NCBI GenBank assembly: GCA_964568845.1
Contig: CAZMSC010000008.1
Span: 1 to 60,904 of the forward strand
DNA: 60,904 bases
Reading direction: 5' to 3'
From: an uncultured Candidatus Bathyarchaeia archaeon
GTDB taxonomy: Archaea; Thermoproteota; CALKCG01; B24
The position numbers were made by a program, and so were the translations under genes. The notes under the pieces were generated by a model, which saw only the letters and a program-made list of their open reading frames with translations, did not search any database and was not told the origin of the DNA. How positions within the stretch are numbered: the stretch's first letter is position 1; the number at the start of each line of letters is the position of its first letter. This document shows, in pieces, positions 29,182 to 38,850 of the stretch.

Positions 29182-29318
29182 CTCTTCAATCGACGTAAAA
29201 CTCTGAAGCTCTTCGCGTGTGTTGGAGAGCCGTCTACGTTCTGTATAGGTATATTCCAAAAAGCAAATATATGAGAGGTGTTGTATCTACTGTAGTTTTT
29301 CGTTTGGGAGGATCGACG

Positions 29319-30239
29319 ATGAGCGAGGTGTATTTAGTTAAAGCTGTTAGACCCAGATATGATAGGTCTGAAAGCCTTGTGGTTAAGATCCCGGAGCTTT
29401 TAGAGAAAGCTGGTGTTAGAAGCGTTGTTAAAGATGGAGATATAGTGGCTATTAAGATCCACTTTGGAGTCACCGGGGGGTATAGAAGTATTAGACCTCA
29501 GTTCATCCGCGCAGTCGTAGACGTAGTTAAAGGACTGGGCGGTAGACCTTTCATAACGGATACCTGGGGTTTAAACCACCTCAACGATGCCTACTACGAT
29601 GGGATAAGCCACGCAACGGTTGGGGCGCCCGTACTACCGGCCAACGGTATTAAGGAGAACGACTTCAGGGTTGTTAAGCTCGATAAGTATTACCGTTTAA
29701 GCGAGGTTGAAGTCGCAGGCAACATATACGACGCGGATGCTCTGATAAACTTCGCACATGCTAAGGGTCACGGTGGAGCTGGATACGGCGGCGCTATTAA
29801 AAACCTAGCCTTAGGCGGGGTTACGGGGAGGATGAGGGGGGCTGAACACTCTAAGGAAAGAGAGGGGGGTGTGGTAGCATTCCACGAAGCTATGGCAGAC
29901 GTGGTTAAAGCAGTTCTATCGAATAAGAAAGACAAGGTTTTACACTTGCTCTGGATAATGGACGTTGTGGAGCACTGCGACTGCGCGCCCTTCGGCATGA
30001 TACCGCTAGTTCCAGACATAGGGATAGCCGCGTCTAAGGACATAGTAGCCATAGATAAGGCAGGTTTAGACCTTATAAACCAAGCACCGCCAATACCAGG
30101 CTCTGTGGCGGACAGTTATGGGCTTAAGCCTGGGGAGAACAAGTTTCTACGTATACACGGCGTAGACCCGTATACTCAAGTCACGGTGGCTGAAAGAGCC
30201 GGTCTTGGAACTACACAGTACAGGCTTATAGAATTCTAA
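29319..30239 (+). CDS. DUF362 family protein
   Basis: VAIKIHFG, PFITDT, HAKGH...GGAIKNLALG, CDC...DIGI.AS.DIVAID; SD GGGAGG before ATG 29319. Confidence 0.85.
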   Translation: MSEVYLVKAVRPRYDRSESLVVKIPELLEKAGVRSVVKDGDIVAIKIHFGVTGGYRSIRPQFIRAVVDVVKGLGGRPFITDTWGLNHLNDAYYDGISHATVGAPVLPANGIKENDFRVVKLDKYYRLSEVEVAGNIYDADALINFAHAKGHGGAGYGGAIKNLALGGVTGRMRGAEHSKEREGGVVAFHEAMADVVKAVLSNKKDKVLHLLWIMDVVEHCDCAPFGMIPLVPDIGIAASKDIVAIDKAGLDLINQAPPIPGSVADSYGLKPGENKFLRIHGVDPYTQVTVAERAGLGTTQYRLIEF

Positions 30240-30260
30240 CATACTGTAGACGGTGAAGAC

Positions 30261-31166
30261 TTGAAAAAACTAGTGGTCTGTTTAGACGTAAGCGAAAGCA
30301 TGAGGTATGGGACGCCGCAGAAGCTGAGGCAGGCCGTGGACGTAGTCGTTGAAGCGGTTAAACCCTTAGAAGGTATAACGCCGGTGGGGCTTGTCATATT
30401 TGACTCTGAGCCGGAAGTCCTGTTAGAACCTAGAGTGGTAAACTTATCAGAGGTTCTAGAACTGCTTGAAAAGCTTAAACCTAGAGGTGTAAGCCGTTTA
30501 GCCGCCGGCTTGGAGAAGTCGATTTCACTAGCCGTGAATGGTGGAGAGGTCTTAGCCGTATCGGATGGACGTGCCAATTTAACCTTAGATAGGTCGGTGA
30601 GTTTTGAGGGTAAAGTGGAGATTGAACAGGAACTTGTGAAGATCGCACGTAGTGCCACTGAGCAAAACGTGAAAATCCATACTGTAGCCGTCGGTGAAGA
30701 CGCGTTTATAAATACGCTTAAGGCTCTGTCTGAGGGATCTAATGGATCATTCAGCTTAGCTGAAGCTTTCCAAGGTTTAAACGTCAACCCTAGAAGACTT
30801 CATACAGTAATTGCTGTTGAAAGTTTAACGGTCTACCCGGCTCCGGCTGAACTACCTCAAGCCCAGCCTACCTGGACTAGGGAGTCTCAGCTAACTCACG
30901 TAGCGGTTGTATCAGACATGCTTTATAAGAAGTACCGGGAGAGCCCCATAGCGTTTCTACGGAATCCTAGGAACGGTAGAGAGGCTAGGATAGCTATGCT
31001 TACGGTGGAAGACCCTATTCTAGATGCTTATAGGAAGCGTATGGTTAAAACCGTTCAGAGTATTCGCGAAGAAAAAGCCATTCTCTTAGATAGGTCTTAT
31101 AGAGACTTCCTCCTCCTGGAATCCAAGGAGACGGTAGAGCTTAGACTATGTAGGGTGGAAAAATAA
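30261..31166 (+). CDS. von Willebrand factor A domain protein with unknown C-terminal domain
   Basis: MIDAS motif LDVSESM, VSDGRAN, IHTVAVG. Confidence 0.8.
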   Translation: MKKLVVCLDVSESMRYGTPQKLRQAVDVVVEAVKPLEGITPVGLVIFDSEPEVLLEPRVVNLSEVLELLEKLKPRGVSRLAAGLEKSISLAVNGGEVLAVSDGRANLTLDRSVSFEGKVEIEQELVKIARSATEQNVKIHTVAVGEDAFINTLKALSEGSNGSFSLAEAFQGLNVNPRRLHTVIAVESLTVYPAPAELPQAQPTWTRESQLTHVAVVSDMLYKKYRESPIAFLRNPRNGREARIAMLTVEDPILDAYRKRMVKTVQSIREEKAILLDRSYRDFLLLESKETVELRLCRVEK

Positions 31167-31182
31167 AGGGGTAGAGTCTGCC

Positions 31183-32289
31183 TCATAAGGCTGTGAAGCT
31201 TTCTACGGTCTTCCAATCCAGTCTCTTAACCATCTCTAAGACGAGTTTAACAGCGTTTTCGAGGTCTTCTAAATAGAACATTCCAACGTGGGTATGTATG
31301 TGCCTCGTAGGTACGCCTATTACTATGCTTGGGCATCCGGCTCTTGAAATATGTATCCTACCGGCGTCCGTCCCACCTCTGGCGACTTGGCTGAGCTGGT
31401 ATGGTATTTTAGCCTCCTCAGCCACTTTTATCGTAAACTCTTTAAGAGGCTGGTTTGGGATCATAGTGGCGTCGTAGGTTATTATCGAAGGGCCTTTACC
31501 TATTTTAGCGGGGGCTTCTGTAGCCTTTATACCTGGTACATCCCCGGCAATATCGACTTCTAAAACAACAGCCACATCTGGGTCTACCACGTGGGCTACT
31601 GTTCCGGCGCCTCTAAGTCCAACCTCTTCTTGAACTGTAGCTGCACCGTAAACCGTGTTTGGATGTTCCAGCCCTTCGGTCTTAAGCCTCCTGACAACAT
31701 CCATGGCTATGAAGGCTCCGAGCCGATCGTCGAAGGCTTTACCAGTGGCTATTTTACCGTTTCTGATCAGCATGAAGGGTGAGTAGGGTACTATCGGGTC
31801 TCCTATTTTAATACCCATTTCCTCAGCCTCTTTACGGCTTGTAGCTCCAACGTCTATGAACATGCTAGTCTTCTCAACAACCTTTTTAGCTTCTTCAGGT
31901 GTAAGCAGGTGGGGGGGCTTGGCAGCTATAACCCCGTAGACATCTCCTTTAGCCGTCCTTATGACTACTCTCTGAGATAGTAGGACTTGGTCGAACCAGC
32001 CTCCCAGCGGGTTGAACGCTACATAGCCTAAGTCGTCTATGCCGGATACTACGAAGCCAACTTCATCTATATGTCCAGCTAGCAGTACTCTAGGCTTCTC
32101 GGAAGAGCCTTTTTTGACGAATATCACGGAGCCGAGCTTGTCAGTGAGTATTTCATCGGCATACTGCTCCACATACCGTTTAATCTTCTGAGCAGCTTCT
32201 CTTTCAAAACCGGCTGGTCCGAAGGCTTCGAAAAGCTCTTTTAAAACGTTTAAACTCCAATCATCTAACAATATCTCAACTCCTAACAA
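31183..32289 (-). CDS. M42 (TET) aminopeptidase
   Basis: GHIDEVG, KAFDDRLG, TVQEEVGLRGA, GGTDAG, RHIH. Confidence 0.92.
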   Translation of the reverse strand: MLGVEILLDDWSLNVLKELFEAFGPAGFEREAAQKIKRYVEQYADEILTDKLGSVIFVKKGSSEKPRVLLAGHIDEVGFVVSGIDDLGYVAFNPLGGWFDQVLLSQRVVIRTAKGDVYGVIAAKPPHLLTPEEAKKVVEKTSMFIDVGATSRKEAEEMGIKIGDPIVPYSPFMLIRNGKIATGKAFDDRLGAFIAMDVVRRLKTEGLEHPNTVYGAATVQEEVGLRGAGTVAHVVDPDVAVVLEVDIAGDVPGIKATEAPAKIGKGPSIITYDATMIPNQPLKEFTIKVAEEAKIPYQLSQVARGGTDAGRIHISRAGCPSIVIGVPTRHIHTHVGMFYLEDLENAVKLVLEMVKRLDWKTVESFTAL

Positions 32290-32330
32290 GAGAAGAACGG
32301 CTTCAGACTTTATAAATCCTTATGCCGCTG

Positions 32331-33515
32331 TTACTCTTTATCATGGTTTTTCAAACGTATAGGTATTAACGGGGCTATTCCGGTCAGGGAGAGTAGTGAA
32401 AGCATTGTGAACGTCTCCGTAAGCCCCATGTAGCTGGATACTAGTCCAGCCACTATGGGGCCTAAAACTACGCCGACCTGTTGTGCAAGTCCGTAGTATC
32501 CTGTAACCGTAGCAGAGCCTCTGCTTAAACGCCCTATTAACGCTAGGCTGGCGGCGAAGTATAGGGCGAAGGACATCCCCCTTAAGGCTTGAGCGAAGGC
32601 GAAATCCGTGAAAGCTTGAGCGCTGGTGAACCTGTAGTAGGCTAGTGCGAACCCGGCTGCTCCTAAAACCATGACTATTCTATCGCCGAGTCTATCGGTT
32701 AAAACGCCTGAAATGAGCATGAAAGGTATTTCGACGAGGGAGCCTAAAGCCGTTATAGAGCCTATTGCACTCTTTGAGAGGTTTTTATCGACTGCTAGTA
32801 GAGGTATGAACCTGTTATCGGCGCTGGCTACCATGTCCATTATTCCGAGCGACGTTAAGAATAAGGCCAATTCATAGGATACTCTGCCTCTACTTTTCGC
32901 GGTACGCTGTAGCTGGCCACTGTCTGGGACTGTGATAGAGGTTAACACCGTCGCCGTGGAGAATCCGAACGAGTAGAGCAGTATCGTTTTAGAGCCGTAT
33001 AGGTCTGCTAGTACTCCGAACATGATGTTTCCAACGGTCCATCCGATGGACCTGCTTATCCTGTACGTGCTCATAACCCTACCCATGACTCTGCTTGAAG
33101 TAGCCTCAGAGATTATGGCTAGAGATATTGTGACTATTATAGGTGTGCTGAGACCTACGGATAGGCTTATCAGTACGTACGTTGGGAGGCCGCTTGCGAT
33201 ATAGGATGTGAGGAATGCCGAAGATAGGAAGACGGTTGAAGACGCTATTAGAAGCCTCCTGTTTAAGCCTCTATCGCTCGCGATGCCTGCTAGAAGCTGG
33301 GCTAAGCCGCCGCCGAGCCCGGTTAACGCTCCAACGAGCCCTATTAGGCTGTAGCTTAAGTTTTCCTCTTTCATAAGCAAAGGTAGGAAGATGGAGTTGG
33401 CCGCTCCGACGACGCCTAGTATGAGGGATACTATGAATAGCGCGGCAAATACCTTAGCAAACCTCTTATCTTTCAACGCTCCACCGACGTCTATACCGAA
33501 GGCAATAGGAGGCAA
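32331..33515 (-). CDS. MFS transporter
   Basis: 12-TM pattern with motif A copies GIASDRG and GVLTDRLG. Confidence 0.85.
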   Translation of the reverse strand: MPPIAFGIDVGGALKDKRFAKVFAALFIVSLILGVVGAANSIFLPLLMKEENLSYSLIGLVGALTGLGGGLAQLLAGIASDRGLNRRLLIASSTVFLSSAFLTSYIASGLPTYVLISLSVGLSTPIIVTISLAIISEATSSRVMGRVMSTYRISRSIGWTVGNIMFGVLADLYGSKTILLYSFGFSTATVLTSITVPDSGQLQRTAKSRGRVSYELALFLTSLGIMDMVASADNRFIPLLAVDKNLSKSAIGSITALGSLVEIPFMLISGVLTDRLGDRIVMVLGAAGFALAYYRFTSAQAFTDFAFAQALRGMSFALYFAASLALIGRLSRGSATVTGYYGLAQQVGVVLGPIVAGLVSSYMGLTETFTMLSLLSLTGIAPLIPIRLKNHDKE

Positions 33516-33567
33516 ATACTCTGAGGAGTTTTATAAAACTTCATTTCCTCGACGTTTGCCTATATGG

Positions 33568-34077
33568 TTAGACCTTGCATTCTAGGCTGAACTTTCTAGT
33601 TTTAATCTTAGCCTCAGAAAGTAGCTTTTTAGCCAACTCATCTGGATAGTCGCTGGCGTATACGATTTCAGATATTTCAGCGTTTATCAGCATCTTAGCG
33701 CATATACTGCAGGGGAAGTGCGTAGTATACAGTGTAGCTCCTTTAACGCTGACGCCGAATACGGCTGCTTGAATTATGCAGTTAGCCTCAGCGTGGAGGC
33801 CGCGGCAGAGCTCAGCCCTCTCGCCTTCGGGAACCGCCAGCTCCTTCCTTAAGCATCCAGTCTCGTAGCAGTGGGGGAGGCCTTTAGGAGCCCCGTTGTA
33901 ACCCGTGCTTATTATCCGCATGTCTTTAACCAGGACGGCTCCGACCTTTCGCCTAATGCAGGTAGACCTCTTAGAAACAAGGTAGGCCATGCTCATGAAG
34001 TACTCGTCCCAAGAGGGTCTTCTAAAAGCCTCTCCACTAGACCCAGTTTTAACGCTTTCTTCTGAAAAACCAGCCAT
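33568..34077 (-). CDS. dCMP deaminase
   Basis: [28 protein letters not shown]. Confidence 0.92.
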   Translation of the reverse strand: MAGFSEESVKTGSSGEAFRRPSWDEYFMSMAYLVSKRSTCIRRKVGAVLVKDMRIISTGYNGAPKGLPHCYETGCLRKELAVPEGERAELCRGLHAEANCIIQAAVFGVSVKGATLYTTHFPCSICAKMLINAEISEIVYASDYPDELAKKLLSEAKIKTRKFSLECKV

Positions 34078-34251
34078 ACACGTACCTCCAAACGGTAAAC
34101 ACTGACTCTATGGGGTAGAGTGGGCTTTTTAAAGGTTTTTAGACCGCATATATTCAGCATGAGGTTAAATCAGCCGGATTATCGACAGAAAAGTGCAACT
34201 GCTCCCTGAAGAATGCTGATTACTACTGCAGTAGTTTCTGGGAAAAATATT

Positions 34252-34365
34252 TCAACTGTAGTAATATGGGGGCCTAGATAGGTCATCTAACTCGTTCCAT
34301 CCTATCGCGACATATCCACCTTTTCCTGCATACTCAGCATATTTGCCTCCATCCATTCGTAATAC
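34252..34365 (-). pseudogene. Short fragment resembling the N-terminal domain of Mrr-like restriction system proteins
   Basis: Minus-strand frame VLRMDGGKYAEYAGKGGYVAIGWNELDDLS resembles the W.VR.G.GG...VAIGW.ELGDLS pattern; no intact gene. Confidence 0.45.
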
Positions 34366-34471
34366 ACTACTGGTTTCGAGATTTAATTAGATTTGGAGGT
34401 GATTGATGGCTTGCATAAATATGACTTTGAGCATAAAAATGTTTAACTTTTACTTTATTGGTGATAATTAA

Positions 34472-35104
34472 ATGGGAGCCGTATTGGGCGACGATTACTG
34501 GCTCATTTTAAAGGATAGGGTTAGGGAGATTTTGGAAAATGGCTCCGTTAAGGGAGGCGGCTTCGCGCCGAGGATTACGAGGCTTGACGAGTATATAAAT
34601 GATGTTGAAATTGAGGAGGACGGCTTAGATGAGGCGTCGTTAGGCACTTTAGCCGCGATATTGGGGTTCTTCCAAGCGGCGTACACGTTCGGATTGACGA
34701 GGATACCTGGAAGCTGGGCTATTCAGGGCTGCAACAGCTTAGTAGAGAGAGGTGTAAGGCCTAGTGATTGGATCAGATACCCAGCGTCAGGCTTTTGGTA
34801 TCCGCAATTCCTAGCAGGATTCATCATGATATTAATCCTAGGCTTCCTCCACGCACGGTACATATGGTTCCCATTGGAGCCTATAGGCTTCATCACTGGT
34901 GTAGGCGTCGGCTTCGGATGGTGGGGCTTCTGGACTTATGGGCTTGTAGCTTGGATACTTAAGACGATAACGCTTAGAGTTGGAGGTAGCAAGCTCTACG
35001 AGGAGTGGGGTGCACCCATAGCGTCAGGCTTCATAGCCGGACACATGCTGGCACTAATACCGGGAACCATAATATCGAAGGTAAGGTTCTTCATACCGTT
35101 CTAA
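34472..35104 (+). pseudogene. Chimeric ORF: unrelated hydrophilic N-terminus fused near 34640 to the C-terminal part of an OPT-like (DUF6784-type) protein
   Basis: An acidic soluble segment of about 55 aa switches abruptly to hydrophobic sequence with WFPLEPIGF...AWILKTITLRVGGSKLYE...RFFIPF. Confidence 0.7.
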
Positions 35105-35155
35105 ACATCCCATTTTTATTTTTTCTAATACTTATTGGAGGTGTTATCTGTTTAG

Positions 35156-35314
35156 GTCGTCGTCCAGCCCAGCACGGGCATATGTGAAGGCTTCACAGAC
35201 AGCAACGGCGACCGTAGGCGCAGGTCCATAGTGTTAGCTCCTATAAATGTTAGGGTTGAGGGTGGAAGCTTCACACTGACTTGGACCTGTAAACTGGTTG
35301 AGAGCTTGGCATAG
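35156..35314 (+). pseudogene. Possible decayed small protein gene
   Basis: SD GGAGGT at about 35137, then a TAG at 35153-35155 ahead of a 52-codon open frame (VVVQPSTGICEGFTDS...LAPINVRVEGGSFTLTWTCK). Confidence 0.3.
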
Positions 35315-35440
35315 AAGCGCTCTTTATCGTAGTAGCTCTCTGTTAGCCTGCAGGTTCATGCTAGCGTGTGCTCTGAGATATGTATTCATCGGAACAGGAT
35401 AAGCTTCTACACTTTCGCTAAGGAGGGAAAGTTGCCGTAA

Positions 35441-36436
35441 TTATTTCAGTTGCTCAAATCTAAGCATGTCCTCAAGCTGTGTAACCTTGAAGCCCACTTT
35501 CTCATAAAGCCGCACGGCGGGAATGTTGGCACCATCTACGGATAATCCTATACCTTTAGCACCTTTGTTCGCGAGGAGAGCTATCGCTTTCCTCAGCATA
35601 ATGGTTCCATATCCTCTTCTTCTATACTTTGGGATGACTCCTATAAGCCAGATGAAGCCGAGGGGAAGCCACGGTCCGTTAACTTGATAACGCTTGACTG
35701 TTCTTTCAGGCACGTATGCTGATATGATAGATCCCACAGGGTCGCCATTCTTGTAGGCCACAAGCCACATTGAGGGGGTCGAATTCGCCATACTTGTAAT
35801 CATCTCCATGTTCAGTCCATTTTGGCATCTCTTGACGAAGCCACTCAGCAGTAAATATCCTTTCCAAGGTATCTGAGCAAGCTTCTACGGAAACGTTTAC
35901 CACAAATTCCAACCCGACTTCATTCAGGTCGCGGAAAACCAAATCCGATTTAAAGCACCTATCATCTCCCCCTACTTCCTTCCACATACTCTGCCTACGC
36001 CAACTCTAAGTGAAAACTCTCTCTAAGAAACTGGAGACTATCCGCTCATATTCCTCAGCGTCCCCTCTCTCGAGAACGGTTCCCATTATGTAAACGCCTT
36101 TATACTTGCATCTACTGGCTTCTTCAGCTATGTAACTGGCCAAAGCCTTCTCTACTCCTAGTTCCCTGAACTCAGGGACCACGACGGGAGAATATCCTCT
36201 GCAGAGCACAAGAGCTATGCTATCTTTACCTTCAGGCCTTATCCAGAAGAGGGCGCCTACAAGTTTACCGTCTTTTTCAGCCACGACCATCGTATGCTCG
36301 TAATCTTGAGCCTTGAAGATGTCCTTGTAAAATGTCTTTTAAAATACTCTAACATTCCTGTTCTCTTACACATTTCAAGAAACGCGTCTAACATGCTCTT
36401 ATGAAGAAAACCAACATTCAGCTCCGACTTCCCCAT
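35441..36436 (-). pseudogene. Frameshifted tandem-GNAT acetyltransferase
   Basis: Four consecutive same-strand pieces in different frames (start ATG 36436; 36006-36290; 35706-35987; 35441-35809). The last has IGVIPKYRRRGYG and NIPAVRLYEKVGF. Confidence 0.8.
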
Positions 36437-36663
36437 TTTGTTCCTGCCTCTGCTATCTATGGTTATACACTCTTATTAAGTTTTTAACGCTTCTGGGATT
36501 AGCATAGAGGAAAGGAGGAATCTGTTAGAATCGTTAGGTCTATTAGGGACACGTTTGAGGATAAAAGCTCTATTTTACAAATTCAATCAATTGATAAAAA
36601 AGTATTTATCTTGTCGGAATCAGACGGAAAATCAATCGAAGATATTAAAAAGTAGAAAGCTGG

Positions 36664-36876
36664 CTGAAGTACAGGGTTGTCGGCGAGCCTGTCTTCAATG
36701 GTCTTTGTGAGCTATGCAGTAAACCCGTCGCCGAAGTCGTCTTCAAGTTTGAAGGGCCGCCTAGACAACACTATGCTCATAGAAGATGCCTTGAAGACGG
36801 CATGCTTGTAAAACGTTTCACTACTCAGCTTAGGGAGATGGAAAAGAGGCTAGAAGACGGTTTCTCCTACAGTTGA
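36664..36876 (+). CDS. Small putative zinc-finger protein absent from the ORF track (possible CTG start)
   Basis: 70-codon frame LKYRVVGEPVFNGLCELCSKPVAEVVFKFEGPPRQHYAHRRCLEDG... with CxxC-x20-HxxC. Confidence 0.45.
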   Translation: MKYRVVGEPVFNGLCELCSKPVAEVVFKFEGPPRQHYAHRRCLEDGMLVKRFTTQLREMEKRLEDGFSYS

Positions 36877-37112
36877 AAAACAGCATCATAACCGATGATG
36901 TAAAAGAAGCCATAGAGGAGAGTTTTAGGAAAAACGGGGGAGAACATGGAAAATCCCCATAGAAATATAATGGGAAAAACTGGGGGGTCTAGAGTTGAAG
37001 GTTCTGATTAGAATCGAGCTCCCAATATATGTGCCGAAGGAGCGTGAAGGTCTCTACAGAGCATTAAAGTCATTTAGAAAAAGTTAACGTTATCGACAAT
37101 AATTTGGCAAGA

Positions 37113-37862
37113 CTACGGCTTTTTAGAAACCTTCTCCTCCTTCTGTTTGAATGAGTTAAGGCTTGGATATGCTTTAAAGAACACTTTGAGGGCTGGTGGC
37201 ACTATCGCTGTTAGGAAGGGTATTTCCGTGATAAACGTCCATATGAACCATATCAAAGCGGCTTGAACTGGAAGGTTCATTTCACCTGAGGGGAGGACTA
37301 GAAACTGGCTGAAGCCCCAAACCCCAACACCTATTATCCCGCTTCCTAAGGCTAAACCGGCTACAGAGGCAATACCGTAGCTTGAAAGCTCAGGATAGAA
37401 CCTGTAAACCGCGGCTATGGATACCATGCTCACTACACAGGCCGATATGAAAGCGGCAACCGTGATGGAGTCAGATATTATATTTAAACCATATAGGGCT
37501 GATGTTAAAACCACTATCAGCGTAAGAAAGGCGATTGAACCGTAAACGTACAGTCTGCCAGCTCTCCTCCTAGCTAGAAGACCCATTACGTAAAAACCTA
37601 AGAAGTTTGCAGGTACACCTACCGATAGGCTTAAAAGAGCATTCCCATGTATCGCTAGGTCGCTTATGAATATTCCTATGGCTGCTCCCAGCCCACCCAC
37701 CATAGGACCATAGACTACTGAGAAAAACCCTGGCACTATGACTGAAGGCCAAAACCTGACAACACCTATCACAGGCGTGAACAAGCCTAGATACGTCAAA
37801 TATCCCAGAGATGCATATAGAGCCGCGTTCACCACAGCGGCGCTGAGGTCTCTAAGCTTCAC
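37113..37862 (-). CDS. ECF transporter S-component-like membrane protein
   Basis: AALYA, VRFWP, YGPMVGGLGAAIGIFISDL pattern; multiple TM segments. Confidence 0.75.
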   Translation of the reverse strand: MKLRDLSAAVVNAALYASLGYLTYLGLFTPVIGVVRFWPSVIVPGFFSVVYGPMVGGLGAAIGIFISDLAIHGNALLSLSVGVPANFLGFYVMGLLARRRAGRLYVYGSIAFLTLIVVLTSALYGLNIISDSITVAAFISACVVSMVSIAAVYRFYPELSSYGIASVAGLALGSGIIGVGVWGFSQFLVLPSGEMNLPVQAALIWFIWTFITEIPFLTAIVPPALKVFFKAYPSLNSFKQKEEKVSKKP

Positions 37863-37981
37863 AGTTATTCGGGTTAGACCTCGAAGTAATTAAATGTTTT
37901 TTAAGAAAACTTTAATGACTTTAAAGATATTAAAGTAATCTGTTATGAGGGTTTCCTGACAATTCAACGGGATGATATAGC

Positions 37982-38818
37982 TTGATAATGGGTGTCGACG
38001 TAGGCGGAAGCTTCACAAAAGCCGTGGCTTTAAAAGGCTCCAACATAATCGGACTATGTACAGTCTTAACGACAGAGCCTGTTGCAGCCGTTTCAGGAGC
38101 GCTGGGTAAACTGCTTTCACAGATAGATAGACCGCTTAAAGAAGTCGAAGTCTTAGCGGTTTCAGGAGCTGGAGCCAGATTCCTAGGAAACAGTATACTA
38201 GACGTCCCGATATTTGAAGTAGATGAGATCGAAGCAATAGGTATAGGCGGGTTAACCCTATCGGGTAAGGACAGGGCGTTGGTCGCAAGCCTAGGAACTG
38301 GTACGGCTTTAGTCGTAGCCAACAGCGATGGCAGAATACAGCACATCGGGGGGACTGGCGTAGGCGGTGGAACGATCAGAGGCCTAGCACAGCTGATACT
38401 TAGAAGGCAGAACTTCGAAGTTTTAGAGGAGCTGGCCTCTAAGGGGAATTTACGCAAGGTCGATTTAACAGTCGGAGACATAGCCGGTAGGTCCGTAGGC
38501 ATAATCCCAGCTGAAGCCACAGCATCAAACTTCGGCAATGTAAGCGAAGACGCCGATGAAAAAGACTTATCGGCCGGCATCTTCAACCTCGTTGGAGAAG
38601 TGATAGGGGTCGTTGTCAGCCTAGCGGCTAAAGCATACGGTTTAGAGAGAGACGTCGTACTCATAGGTAGACTTGCCGGAAGCAAACTGATATCTGAACG
38701 TATAAACGAAGTATGCAAACTCTTCAAAGTATCTACAATGATCCCGGAAAACTACGACTACTGCGTAGCCATTGGAGCTGCAGAATACATCAGACGTAGA
38801 AGGCTAAAACCCAGTTAA
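37982..38818 (+). CDS. Type II pantothenate kinase
   Basis: GVDVGGSFTK, SGAGA, E..A...G, SLGTGT, GGTGVGGGTI.GL, VDLTVGDI, ASNFG, AIGA. Confidence 0.82.
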   Translation: MIMGVDVGGSFTKAVALKGSNIIGLCTVLTTEPVAAVSGALGKLLSQIDRPLKEVEVLAVSGAGARFLGNSILDVPIFEVDEIEAIGIGGLTLSGKDRALVASLGTGTALVVANSDGRIQHIGGTGVGGGTIRGLAQLILRRQNFEVLEELASKGNLRKVDLTVGDIAGRSVGIIPAEATASNFGNVSEDADEKDLSAGIFNLVGEVIGVVVSLAAKAYGLERDVVLIGRLAGSKLISERINEVCKLFKVSTMIPENYDYCVAIGAAEYIRRRRLKPS

Positions 38819-38850
38819 CGTTATATGCCATAATATTTTAAATTCAAAAG

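Noticed and set aside
34222-34235. 14-bp palindrome ACTACTGCAGTAGT, and an 8-bp inverted repeat at about 28718-28761
   Set aside because: Short and isolated, with no supporting context.
37930-38727. 265-aa minus-strand ORF and many similar 60-180 aa overlapping ORFs (e.g. 30236-30787, 57066-57503, 346-741)
   Set aside because: They are antisense to well-supported genes and show no recognisable motifs.
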